From positions 1-64,000 of the forward strand of contig NIVC01001257.1 of assembly GCA_002269645.1 (NCBI GenBank): DNA of 64,000 nt, given 5' to 3'. Below the pieces are notes generated by a model. It ran no database searches, was not told the DNA's origin, and saw only the letters and a program-made list of their open reading frames with translations. This stretch comes from Macrostomum lignano (lineage: Eukaryota). A program made the translations under genes and the position numbers. Positions 1 through 12,350 of this stretch are shown piece after piece; position 1 is the first letter of the stretch; every line of letters starts with the position of its first letter.

Positions 1-634
1 ATGACTGTTATGACTGTGAAGGAACAAAACCCATCGTAACTGTTTCGGTCGAGTAACATTGCTCCTCAGAAAAATTCTCAAGAGTCCATTGGCTGTACGG
101 AAACATTTTGAGAAATTTAAACTTCAAAGGTAAAAAAATCAGTTATTAAGTTTCTCTGTTTACTCGTAGTAGCATGTAAAGCATATTGCAGTCTCAATTT
201 TATTCATAGCATGTCTAACGCTGCTTGTAAAGACAGAGATGGAGATGGAGAAGGAGATAGGTATGGAGATGAAGATGAAGATAGAGATGGAGATAAGGGA
301 AGAAACGGGAGCTGCTCAACTCAATGCACAGTTAGTTCAGAGTTCAGACCCATTTTAAAGCTAATTTGAACAGTAATTGACCCGTAATGGTACTAGCAGT
401 GAATGTGAACCGGCATTAAGGGGTATGGGTCGTTGGATATAAACGTACGCATACTCGTTCCTGTTTCAGCAGAATGAATATTGCAATGTACAGAGTGACT
501 CTGTGATCGCACGGACCATTGAAGAGGCTACAATGCAAGTCAAGTCCGACCAGGCCTTCTGTACAAGCTAATTCCTGCAAGTCCTTGTCAAACTCCCTGC
601 GATGACTTGAGGTCTTCGAGCATTGTACTAGAAA

Positions 635-1660
635 GTGGCTCCTTTCATCGCAACATGGATTCCGCGTTTTGGAGTACCGCTCTACGTCATCACAGATCGC
701 GAACCACAGTCACAGTTTGAAGAGGAGCTTTCCGACGTCTTCTCATCCACTGTTGGGCTCCACAGACTTCGCACCACGGCTTACCATCCACAGTGCAGCG
801 AGAAAGTGGGGAGAGCCCGTCGCACTCCCAAGACGATTTCAAGGCGCGAGGTGTTTCATGACTCGACAATCTGCCCCTAGCGTTACTTGCGATGCACATC
901 GCACCGGACGATGCAGGTGTCAGCCCTTTCACCAGACTTACTGGCGAGAACCCCATGCTCCTTGGTCAGCGCTTCGGACCCTGCAACGATTCCATTGAAT
1001 GTTGAGCAACTGCTCCAACACCCGCCCAGGGCAATCCGCTGTCAAAACCACGCTCCTAAAGACCTGTGAACAACCGACAAAGTCTGAATCCGAGTGAACA
1101 GGGTTAGAAGGCCACTGGAAGCGCCATACACAGGACCACCCAGTCAACTGACGCACGCCCAAGTTCTTCATTGTCGAGACGCGACCAAGTCAGGAAGCAA
1201 TTTCCATCGACTGTCTGAAACCCTGCCCCTCAGCAGTCCGCAGCCAGATCACAAATAGGACCCGCCACATCGCCACCCAGCGACGGAGACACCCAGGAGT
1301 CTCATCAGGACACTGTGGCCACCGAAAACCACGAGGGAAACCAGAACCACACCAGCAGCAGCCTGCACCCCCAACACAATAGACGACCAGCAAAGAAGAA
1401 CCCTTTTTCTACTTCCGACTGCTGACCTTTGCAAACTTGAATATGAACCCAACTTACCCAACCCATTTCTACATCTCGTAATTGCTGCTTATCATTGTAC
1501 ATAACTTCATTGCCATAACACCACACCCACAAGTTGCTACCTGAAGTATATGTATCACCCTAGCAGACGACTTGTATTTAAATCCCATCTCCGTACATGT
1601 GCAGCAAGGTGTCAAGGTGTTCACGGATCTTCTGGGAGTACTGGAGAAGTGCACATTGTT
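635..1660 (+). mobile_element. Degenerate Ty3/gypsy LTR retrotransposon 3' part (integrase core, GPY/F-like motif, possible polypurine tract)
   Basis: ORF 635-880 reads FIATWIPRFGVPLYVITDR..HRLRTTAYHPQ (rve integrase core). About 1088-1140 translates IRVNRVRRPLEAPYTGP and then ISIDCLKP, typical of the gypsy IN C-terminus. A purine-rich gggagtactggagaag lies near 1634-1649. Multiple frameshifts and stops. Confidence 0.8.
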
Positions 1661-2071
1661 GCCCCTAAACTGACCAGGTTATGAACTGCATAGAATGCCG
1701 TCATATTGCGAAGGGTGGCCGCTCATATTTGTTCTATGTAGCCTCTAAGAGTTCTCGTTCTCACGCGTATGCTCTTCAGTGTTTTAATTACGCTCGTAAA
1801 AGGACAGGCAGCGGAGGCGCTCGCTTCACTTTTCTCTCGACCGCCTCTGCGGGCCCAAAGGCATGGCCCTTGCCTCGGCTGGGCTGTAGAACCACAGCAG
1901 CCTGGGCCCAGAAATACCGTGCTAATTTGAATTCAATTCTTTGCTATCCGATGTGAGCAGAAGGTGCATAGGACGCAAAATCCTACCTGTTACACAGGTG
2001 TTTTAGGAAGGCCGCTCTTGGCTAGGTGTCTTTTAAGCCGTTGATTGTTAGGATTGTGTGCACCGCTGCAT

Positions 2072-5000
2072 CTTGACTTACTTGACTTAGCTGCAGGGTG
2101 GTCCGTAGACACAGCGGGGAGGCGAGGGTCGCCCATTCCGCTAGCCCCTGAAAGCCCGCAGACAGGCAGAGGCGTGGGGCCGGTCAGGGTGGTCCGCCGG
2201 TCCGTCCTGCAGCGTGATCTTCCGTTGGGAAGAAACTGGCTCGTCTAGTCGCCCGAAGGAACTGGATGAGCCGTGAGATGCTGTCGGGCTGGCAGACCTC
2301 GTCAATGGACGGGTTCGGCCCGAGGTAGCGTAGCCGGTCTCTGTTAAAGAAAGGGCAGTGACAGACAAAGTGCTGAGCATCTTCATTGTCGCACTCGCAA
2401 AAGGGGCAAATTTTGCTCTCGAGGTCGCCTCGGAGGAAGCAGTGCCTGGCGAGGTAGCCATGCCCGATAAGGGTCATACAATGGCTCGAATATCCTTCCG
2501 ATTCTGGTTCAGAAGGATGTTTCTGAGCCTGCGAGACGGGCAAGGAACCGCGGCACGAGATTGCCGGCAGTTTTGGGTGCCCGCCCATCTGTCCCTGTGG
2601 AGGGAGTCAGCCCAGTCGTCGATCTGACTGTCAAGGGCATAGGGACCAGGGGGGCAGGGCCGAAGAAAGAGCCAGAGCCGCCCCTCTTGGCGAGGGTGTC
2701 TGCCAGCTCGTTCCCCGGAAACCCTGCGTGCCCTGGGATCCACTTCAGCCTGATAGTATTGCTTCTGGCCAGGAGGTTGAGCTGCCGGCGCAGTCGGCGA
2801 CTGTCCGGGAGTTCGTTGTGGTGTGGCAAAGGGCCTGTAAGGCCGCTTGGCTGTCGGAGTGGATGACAATAGTCTTTCCTCTCGTAACCTTGACGTTCAG
2901 CTCTGCAGCGCAAGAGCTGATGGCAAGGACTTCGGTCTGGAAGACTGTGGAGAGTCTACCAGTGTGCTGGGCATGCGTGGCAATTACGCGGCCGTTGATG
3001 ATGATGCAGACCCCAAAGCCGGCGCGACCGTCTTTGATGGATCCGTCCGTGTAGCAATGGACCTCCTGGAAATTCCAGTGGTCATTGGCAGCATCCCTAG
3101 AAAGGATGGTGACCTTGTAGCGCTGAAAGAGGTTGAGAGTGCGGGGTTCGCCGTCAGATAGGACGTGGAGCCCGCCGCTGTCTCTCAAGTCCTTGAGGCA
3201 GAGGTCAGCGTGGGGCAGAAGCTTGCGCTTAGCCATGGCCCTATGGGGCTGGATTCGAATGCCAGCGTCAGCTAGAGGACGGGCAGTCTTAGCCGCTTCC
3301 CTGCGAACAAAGATGTCCAGCGGAGGAATGTTGAGGAAGGCGTTGAGGCCATCGTAAGGAGCAGACGGAGGGGCGCTCATGGTCGTGCGACATGCGCGCC
3401 CTTGCGCTCTCCTGAGAGCCTCTAGACAGGTCTTTATCTGCAGGGCGCTAGCCCAGATCAGGCCGCCATACGAGATAGCGGGCCTAACCATTGCAGTGTA
3501 GATCCACCAGAGGCGCTTGGGGTGAGCCCCCAGGTGGTGCCGACAGCCCTGCGCAATTGCGCGAGGACTGCGAAGGCCTTTTTGGCTTTTGTTTGAACGT
3601 GGGGTGACCAGTTCAGCCTGTGGTCCAGGGTAATACCCAGACATTTAGTCTGCTTGCAGAAGGGGATTTCCCTTCCGTAAAGCGTGAGCGGCCGAATCTG
3701 CCACTTGGTCCTGCTGGTGAACATGATCGCTGCGGTCTTAGTCTCAGAGAGCCTTAAACCACAGCGGTCCGCCCATTGCTCAGCGGCGTAGATAAAGTTC
3801 TGAAGAAGGTCCCTGAGGGTATCAGGGGACGGACCAGATGCCACCGCGGTGACATCGTCCGCATATCCAACTTTCAGAATGGGGTCATGCCGAACATCCC
3901 GGAGGAGCTCATCGATGACCATATTCCAGAGAACTGGAGGCAGCACGCCATTTTGCGGGCTACCTTTGCAGACGGGGACCGTCCTCTGGTAGCCCAGCAG
4001 ACTGGCGGTGGCCGTGCGATGGCTGATCATGTACATGATCCATCTGGTGAGATGTGAGTGCGTTTGCCTCTCACAAAGAGCTCTTCGGAACGCCTCAAAG
4101 AGGACGTTATCGAAGGCGCCAATGATGTCCAGGAAGATCCCCAGAGCAAAGCCATTACCAAGCACGGCCTTCTCGAGTTTATCGACCAGGACGAGCAGCG
4201 CGCTTTCAGTGGAGCGACCCGCCCGAAAAGCGTGCTGGTTCTCGCTGAGAGGTTTGTTCTTCAGCTCAACAGAGAGAAGGCGCCAAAGCACCAGTCTATC
4301 CATCAGCTTGACCAGGGAGGAGGTCAAGCTGATCGGTCTGAAGGATTTGATAGAATGGTAGTCCGGGCGGCCTGGCTTAGGGATAAAGATCACCTTTGCC
4401 TCGGTCTATGCCTGTGGGACATAACCAAGCGTGATGCATGCCCGAAGAAGGCTGCAAAGTTTGCGCAGGAAGCCTGGGCATTTAACCGCCTCTCTTAGGA
4501 GGGCCGGTACAATGCCGTAGGGTCCTGGGGCTTTGAAAGGCTTGAAGGAATTTGCCGCTCTCACGATGATAGAGGCAGCCAGCGCATGACCTCCCTCCGA
4601 GTGATCCGGAGTGATCGGGTTAGCTGGCTCGTTGGGGAAAAACGCAGTGAGCATTACATCAAGCGTTTCCCCTGGGTTGTCCGTGGACGTACCGTCGGTG
4701 CGTTTGACCGAGAGAGCTTAGACATTTTGTCCAGCGTGAGCGCTTTCACAACTCTGGAGGTGGGGCGTGAGCCCTCTAGCTCCTCACAGTATTGTCGCCA
4801 TTTTTGAGCCTTTGCATTCCTAACCTGCATTTTAAACTCATGGATTGCTTCATGATAGGCGGTTTGGTCCGCAGGGCTCTTAGTTTTAGTTGCTCTGCGG
4901 TGGAGTCTCTTAGCCCTGCGACGGAGGTTGCCGAGCTCGGGATTCCACCACGGCGCCGATTTTTTCCCTTTATAGGCTTTTAAAGGGCAGGACGCCTCAA

Positions 5001-5490
5001 AGGCGGCGGTTAGCGTCTCTGTCAAAACAGTCGCGCACTCATCCGCCTCTCGGCACGACGTGATCGTGGATGGTTGGCCAGGAGACCGATGGAATTCCTT
5101 CAGGGCGAGCCCGAAGGTTTCCCAATCAGTATTTCTGGCGTTCCGTCTCCACGTAACACGAGTTGCGCTACGCGCGGCCATTAGGTTGAAGGAGATGAAC
5201 TTGTGATCCGAGAGTGAGGACACTGGAAGCACCCGCCACGCCCCAATACTCTGGTAGAGTCTGGGCGTTGCGAGCGTAGCGTCGATCACCTCCGACCGGT
5301 TGCAGAACTCGAGGGTCGTAGAGGCAACGTAGGCTAGGAGGTCTTCGCCTCTCTGATTAATGCCAGTGCTGCCCCAGTGAGTGTGAGTGTGGTGGGCGTT
5401 GATGTCGCCGGCAACCATGAGCTCGTAGTTTTTGGCAGAGCAGAGCTCTACCAGCGTAGCGAGGGCTCTGGGGACGACCGCAGCATCACC
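2072..5490 (-). mobile_element. 5'-truncated non-LTR retrotransposon, LOA/R1-like (APE endonuclease-RT-RNase H-CCHC), frameshifted
   Basis: Consecutive minus-strand ORFs: 4654-5418 APE (GDINAHH, SLSDHKFISF, WWNPEL); 4406-4654 (KAPGPYG); 3458-4393 RT (FIPKPG..FRPISLTS, FLDIIGAFD, GYADD); 2745-3644 RNase H (YTDGS, VFQTEVLAI, IHSDSQAAL); 2509-2913 (WIPGHAGFPGNELAD); 2184-2588 CPFC..EDAQHFVCHC. A short (AAGTC/AAGTA) repeat near 2072-2089 may be the 3' tail. Confidence 0.9.
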
Positions 5491-6559
5491 TGCATCAGTT
5501 CGAGGATGTACTAAATTTATCTGGAAAATGATACTAAAGTATACTTGGCAGAAACACCTAAAGGTGGCTGCATCGTACAGATTTCGCTATATAGACTCTC
5601 TAGGTATCTAACCATTTTTAGCATAGTGGATATGGAAGTGGCTTAAAGCATCTGTTTGAAATTTAGGCTGACTCCTGTAAAAAGCATGACTCAAGCCCAA
5701 AACTCAAGTGAAAAGCACTGTCTGCTTTCAAAGACTGCATGGTTTCATACGCTCGTACGCTCGTAAATGATAATTCTAGCCTTTTGGGTGCAGTGAACGG
5801 TAACATCGCGAAAATATGCAGTAAATGCTTGTTGCTATGCTCCATGTCTGAAGTTAAGCTTTTTCCCACTCCGTTGCTATGCAGTTTGAGCGTCCTCATG
5901 CGACTGTCAGTCTTCATAATACAATTATTCAGCCTCCGGACCGAGCAACAGGGCAACGGACCTGTCAATCATTACTTTATTGAGGCCACCAGCTACGAAA
6001 ATTTACTTATTGCGAGTGAGCCATGGCCCAAGAATGCTTCATTGTATGCGATTATACAATGCTAAATACAGCCTTCATTGTACGCTCGTATTCTCGCGAA
6101 AACAACAAAACAAAACAAAAAGCATCCGTCTCAAAAGAATGCAGTCACTCCACCCACACTGTTAGGTTGTCAAAATACATATTTTATGTTCAAAGCACGA
6201 ATAAAGAGGCCTTCTGTACATGTACCAGCATAGCTTAAGCCTCCATAGAACCTAATAGCCACTGACCATTGTTGCAGCAGATAGGGAACCATCTATCTTT
6301 TTAACTGTGAAATTTGGAATACTCCATTTCTGTCACCATGTCACTCCGGGCAGATTTAATGTTTCTTTCTAATGACTCAGGTAACAGGTGGACACTAACA
6401 GTCGTTGACATTGACACCCAGTATAAAGAAGCTCGCCTACTAAAGACAAAAAAGTCTACAAGAAGCAGTTGCAAATTCTGCAAGATACTCTAAGAGTTCA
6501 TGCACCCTTCAGCTATAGACAAAAGTCTCCTGCAAAAGCACAATACCAAAATGCTTTGT

Positions 6560-8350
6560 GGCAGAGTGGAACAACATAGGGACCAAGCCTATGTAGAAAG
6601 AGTATTTAGTAGGAAAATAAACGTCAACAAAAACATAAAATAAAATTTTCTTTTTAGCCAACGCGTTTCGTCAAACACAAGACGTCGTCAGGGCAAATTC
6701 AACTAACCTTAATTTTCAGCACCAATATATTTAAGCAAAACAAACTGTACAGTCCAAAGGCGGGTCAAAACAGTCCGGTAGAATTTCAAAAGTGCCAAGT
6801 ACATAACAAAGGGAGAGAGAGAAAAAAATAGGCATGGCTCTGCTCACAGTACTCTTAGCTCACGCTCCACCCCATTGCCAGCAAGCTGCACATTCATGTT
6901 GGGTTTGTGCATTCTGATATAAGAAGCTTCAATAATCTTAAGCTTATGGTCAAATTTGCACCCATCCAGCACTTTAAAGAGCTGAATCGGTTCACCGTCA
7001 CAAAATTTTTACAAACAAGCAGATGGTCATTAATCGCAGAGCTTTTTAGCCAATGTTCCCTAGCTCTAGTGTGCAGGTGTCGCTTCGTTTTTCCAATGTA
7101 GGAAACGCTCTGATCCTCAGAGCAGCGAAATTGGTAAACAACACCAGCCCTTAGAGCAAGTGGAACAGTTGACTTGAGCCTGCTAGCATAGCAACCAATC
7201 TTTTCAGTGCGAAAAACACTCCTAACGGTGCACTTAAGCCATTTGTTAAATGTTTTCTCAATTTTTTTCCTGAAGTCAAGCGAAACGTTACCAAAAAATG
7301 GGAGAACCAACAGAGCGTCCCAAGAATCATCTCAGATTGCCTGGATCTCACATCGCTGGAAACTTTCTTGTGACAAACGCATTGATAATGCGGCTGACAA
7401 AACTGAGAGGGTAACCATTGGATCTGAGGATTTTAGTCAGGGCACGAACCTCATGGTGGAATAAACTCCAAGAACTGCTCACCTCGTAGGCTCTGTGAAG
7501 AGGGCACCTAACTAACCCGACTTTCCAGTGAGACGGGCATAAAGCATGAAAATTTAACATCAGTCCAGTAAACGTCGGTTTACGGTAAACTTTCACGAGA
7601 GGACGGTGTCCAGAGCAGTCAACCTCGGTATCAAGAAAAGCGAGATTCTTGCCTCCGCCCTCAACGGTGAACTTGATGTTCGGGTGGGTGGAGTTGATAG
7701 TGGTAAGAAACTTGTCGTGGTCTTTTTTATTGTCAAAAGCAGCAAAAGTATCGTCAACATAACGCTTATAAAACCGTGGGGCATTAGGGAGCTTCATCCA
7801 TTCAGTCTCTCAATGGCTCATGCACAGATCAGCAAGCGTAGGGGCAAGAGGACACCCCATAGCGACACCGTCAATTTGGCGGTAGTATTGGTTTTCAAAC
7901 ATGAAAATGCCAGAGACCGCAAGGCCAAGCATCTTTTTTAAAGCATTCTTAGGAATAGTCAGAGGGTTATTCTGGTAGACAAGGTCAGTGGCCAGGTCAA
8001 TCGCAAATTCAACCGGGATGTTAGTAAACAGGGAAGTCACATCGTAGCTAAACAACAATTCTTTACCGCTTAATTGGATTTGGCTAATCGATTCAACGAA
8101 TTCTCTATTCGACCTAACCGAATGATCACGGACAATGTGAGGCTTGATAAGATCGTCAAGGAATTTAGCGAGCTCATATTCAGCTGTGTTAACCATAGAA
8201 ACAATCGGCCTTAACGGCATGTCAGGTTTGTGGACTTTACACAATCCGTACATCTGACCAGGCTGACTACCGCTGGGCACGATCCTCTTGAAAACTTCGG
8301 CATCAACATGGGGTTGATGTGATTTTTTAGAAAACTTTGAACAGATCTTT
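6560..8350 (-). mobile_element. 5'-truncated Penelope-like element (RT + GIY-YIG endonuclease), inactivated
   Basis: 7810-8280 (GQMYGLCKVHKPDMPLRPIVS, YDVTSLFTNIP, GVAMGCPLAP) is followed by an in-frame TGA and then 7348-7797 (RYVDDTF, LAFLD, VYRKPTFTG). After a frameshift, 6894-7310 encodes GIY-YIG (GVVYQFRC..YIGKTKRHLHTRAREH). The downstream pseudo-LTR carries a hammerhead motif. Confidence 0.92.
6651..6700 (-). ncRNA. Minimal type I hammerhead ribozyme in the PLE pseudo-LTR
   Basis: Minus strand reads GAAUUU-GCC-CUGACGA-C-GUC-UUGUGUUU-GAC-GAAA-CGCG-UU-GGC. It has both catalytic boxes, stem I GCC/GGC, stem II GUC/GAC and a palindromic stem III (AACGCGUU), as known for PLE hammerheads. Confidence 0.75.
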
Positions 8351-8619
8351 CAGATTTAAGAACCGGGTGCGACATCTTGATTTACAAATGAGCATGAACA
8401 GCTCAACTATGCTCATTGTTATTGAAAACAGTGGCTTGTCGATTGAGCTATTAAAATAGGCGGCTGCGATTGGTCAGCCACAATCGATCCTATCGACTAT
8501 TTAAGTCTCTTCCGAGCCTGACGAAGTATGACGGACAGACATCTGCACAGTGGAAAGTTGTTGCTAGCAATTCTACGAGTAATTCTTGCGAGACTACCAA
8601 TAGCTAAAATATTGAAAGA

Positions 8620-9706
8620 ATGCATCTCAACCTGCTGACTGCCGCTCTGCTCCTGCAGGCCCTCGTCATCGCCGACTGCCAGGCCAGTTCGAAGAGAAAC
8701 GAGTTCCGACTCGACTCAAGCGACAGCAGCTCATCGCCAGTGAGCTTCGCTTCGCACAAGGCGGCCAGCCGGATCCACTGCTCCGGACTGTGCTCAGCCA
8801 GGTCTGGCTGCTTTGGCATCTGCTGGCTCAGCTTTGCTAGAGACTGCCGGCTCTTCACGGTGTCCGCCTTCTTCAACAGGGACTCCTGGACACTGCTCAC
8901 GACCGGGCGTTGCGACATCTATGCTCCAGGTGAGTCGAACTTGTGGCTGGTGTCACTACGCTGGTATGAGTCTTGTGAGCACTCTACGAGTGCATATGCT
9001 GTTTATGTTGGCTACGAGTTCAACGTCGTGCTGTATGTCAGCGCTCGCCTTCTGGCCTGCTGCGCGGGAGGCGACTCAGGCTCGCTCGTCACGTCATCCC
9101 GTCGGAAAGTCGCTGCCGCCAGCCGTTACCCGACCAGCTTTTGACGGATGCGCGAACCCCGGTCTGATTCTGACTTGGGAAGCTGACTTTTTGAGATGTG
9201 CAGCACAAAGGCGTGCGTTCTAACACCTCCCCCTCTGTGGCGTATGGTGTTGTTGTTGTTGTTGTTATTAAAGCATATTAAACGCCAACAATTTCAGATA
9301 CAAGCATTAGGAAGATTATGTTCACAGACTGCACTCAAAGCAGCACTTCATCAGGCGGCGTTTGCAGCCGGGCTATCGATGGAGACAAGCGTCAAAATTA
9401 TTTTGACGGATCTTGCAGCCACACCACCAACAACGGCTCTGAGTGGTGGAGGGCCGGCTGTCACAGCAGTCCATGGTCGCATCCGTCACCATCTACAACA
9501 GGCAGGACTGCTGCCCTCAACGTTTGAACGACTTCCAGCTGCTGGTTGACGGAGTTGTGTGCCACGAGGTGAACATTGTGACTCCATTCTTGGTGAAGAA
9601 CCTCAGCTGCTGGCAGCTCGGCAGTCGAGTTCGAGTTCTGAATCGGCAGGTCGAGGCGTTTGCCATTTGCGAGATCGAAGCTTATGGCTTCTTCTATCCT
9701 GGCTGA
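8620..9706 (+). CDS. Secreted PAN/apple + F-type (fucolectin) lectin; two exons, single 1-nt frameshift (error or pseudogene)
   Basis: Exon 1 is 8620-8929: signal peptide MHLNLLTAALLLQALVIADC, then a PAN-like Cys pattern (SRIHCSGLCSARSGC), with donor gtgagt at 8930. Exon 2 starts at 9298 after tttcag with compatible phase: CTQSST..RAIDG..SCSHT..WW, then VTIYNRQDCCPQRL..ICEIEAYG. One added base at ~9451-9456 gives an exact H-X26-R-X-D-X4-R motif. Confidence 0.8.
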
Positions 9707-10082
9707 TCCGGAAGCTTCAATGGAAGTCTGTCAGATAGTTGACTAGATGACTTTTCTAAGCGAAATTCACTGAATGTGTTTTCAGAATTGAATATTCTAA
9801 AGGTCCATAAATATACCAGAGCATGACAGGGTTCTGAAGATTAAAGTGAAATCCCTGCTGACAAGTAAAAGCAATAATTTCAATGACTTCGATGTTTTTA
9901 TTGATTCACTGTTGACAAGTGGGGTGCTTTTTCTGTCAATGCCAAGTTTTTGACAGGGAAGGCAGGTGCTTGACAGCACCTTCTGAGCTGTACATAGCAC
10001 AAAAAGAAGTGCCTTAGTTTTTTTGCAGCTAGTTCGATGCAGTTACCATGTAAAAATCGCTAAGGTCTTCTCATTCTGAAGC

Positions 10083-10200
10083 TGCAGACAGAGCAGCACC
10101 GCTTTCAGCGACAGGTGCTTGCAGCGCGCTATTGACGGGGCTATCATCAGAATTGTCATCAGAAACGCTCATGCAGCCTCTCCGGCAACCAGTAGGGGAA
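10083..10200 (+). pseudogene. Short degenerate paralogous F-type lectin exon fragment
   Basis: Translates CRQSSTAFSDRCLQRAIDG, resembling CTQSSTSSGGVCSRAIDG of the upstream lectin, after which similarity is lost. Confidence 0.45.
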
Positions 10201-10692
10201 GGCTGAATAAGCGCGAATGTGTACGAGAGTATTTATACAATATTTGACAATTTTGATGGCACTCACCTCGCAAATAATTCTACGACTGTGACCCAAACCC
10301 AATAGAAAACATCTTGGATTATCAAGCATAGTGAAACGAGCTGTAACTTTATTTTTTATTTTATTTTAACTTTTGAGGCAGAACCCCTATAAACTATGTA
10401 TATTACTTATAACAGTAGTTAAACCCGAGTTTTAATCACAGCCAATCAGAAATTTTCTTCCCCATTTGTTTAAATCCCCCAAACGAATCAAATTATCTTT
10501 GTTATAATTTTAGTAATTGTTAAAATGCGTCCCACCTTCCCCAAATTTTCTGTATATAAGGAATCAGGTTGACGCTAGAAAAATATAACCTCGGCGATCG
10601 TTCCCAATAATTGCATTTAACTATTCTTGCGAGAATCTTTTAGCGAAACAAATCTAAATTTGGCTAAGACTTATCTCGTTATTTCTTTCATA

Positions 10693-10885
10693 AGATAGGG
10701 AAACCAGAGGTCGTGGAGACCCAAAACCAGGACTTTAGATAGGGAAACCAGAGGTCGTGGAGACCCAAAACCAGGACTCTAGATAGGGATCTGATTAGGA
10801 AACTTGAGGTCGTGGAGACCCAAGAACTAAGGATCTGGATAGGAAACCAGAGGTCGTGGAGACCCAAGAATAGGAACCTGAGTAG
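10693..10885. repeat. Minisatellite, ~44-bp unit, ~4 diverged copies
   Basis: Repeated gaaaccagaggtcgtggagacccaa..tagatagg. Confidence 0.85.
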
Positions 10886-12350
10886 GGAGATCGAGATCGT
10901 ACAGATCCTAGGAAAGCCGTACAGGCTAATAATAGGCATTAAGCATTAAGAAATTAGGTATTAGGGAAGTAGATTAGTTACCGCTGGACATCCTTGGTCC
11001 CCGGAGAACGCTATACTTTTGGACTGAATTAGGGAATTAGACAGTGTCTTACCGCTCGGGCACTACACGCTATCACGAGGTTTCTAGGAAACCGTGTGAA
11101 ATTAGAAGTTTCTAGGAAAGAGTAATAGATTAGGGCTGCCAACGCTACGCAAAGTAGATATATTAGTGACAATTTATAGGATAGAGAAATTAGAACTAAA
11201 GAACTGCAGCAAATTGGTGTGATAATTTCAGTAGGAACCATAGGGGCTAGCACACTTTATTTGACGAAATGCAAAGACGAGCAACTACAGTGTAGTAGTA
11301 AAATAAAAAACCCAAATGAAGCAAAGTACAACTACCGGTATGAAAGCAGATGCTTTGATTAAACCAGATTTACATTCATTTAAGTTCAAGAAGCAGCAAT
11401 GGATTCAACAAAATTGGTTGCAGCTGCAAAGCGATGAGTCGCCACACGAAGGCCAGCGGATGCTCGGTCGGTACAAATCTTCTGTGTACAGCGGTCACCT
11501 CGGACTCCGGTTCGGTCTCTGTCCTTGCGGCACTGGAATCCTCGATACCGATAAGCCGAACAAATGATAACAATTTTAAGCTTGTGAAGTTTTCGCTCAA
11601 ACAAATCCGAATGATTGTTTTTGCATATTTTATTTGCATCTCCCCCCAGTATCATCTCCCACTAAGTGACATCATCTGTATGACCGAACCCATTCATGCG
11701 GTTTTGTTTCAGCCATAACTTCACAAACTTACAATGATGTAGCATTTGTTATTAACTCTTCTGTTGATGTTTTTGATTTATTCAGCCGAACAGACAGATG
11801 ATATACTTCGAGTATTGGGTTAATGCTGCGATTTTTTGCATTTCGAAAGCAGTTGGCAGCAAGTCTTCTCGATTGAAGCTTCCAAGAATCTCTGAAATCA
11901 GGTTAATACCTAGGGTATTTGATATTAAAAGCTTTTTTGCATTTAGATTTCTTTTTCAGTTGGAGTTGTTCTCACGGAGATTTGCAATTCATGCAAAAAG
12001 TCGCTGAAAAATGGATTATCGAGATTTCGGAATATTTATGTCTCTCATTTTCTGGTCTTCCGAACTACAAGCGGAACAAGTATATTTTATCCGAGGTGCA
12101 CTCACAACTTTGTCTGTGGTTAGAATGTGGGGCTTTGGACCCCGCTAGCAGCCAAAGGAAATATCTATGGAAAAAGCCTACTAACAATCATCGCCCCTCC
12201 TTTTTGGGCAGAACTGGGAAAACTCCACGCTGGGAAGAAAATAGACAAAAATAGACTAAAGAGACAAAAATTGCTTGTTCCGTTGGTAATTTGGAAGTCG
12301 AGAAACCGGGGGTATTGTGAGGCATAGTGCTGAAAACTTCCTATCTCAGT

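Noticed and set aside
5500-6550. Possible decayed DNA-transposon coding sequence
   Set aside because: The frames are fragmentary, with no diagnostic motif or TIR found.
8500-8560. Second hammerhead (cctgacgaag) at the PLE 5' flank
   Set aside because: There is no properly placed GAAA box or stem II/III; at most a decayed remnant.
11316-12330. Exon-like fragments with splice-like sites
   Set aside because: I could not assemble a phase-consistent model or recognise a protein family.
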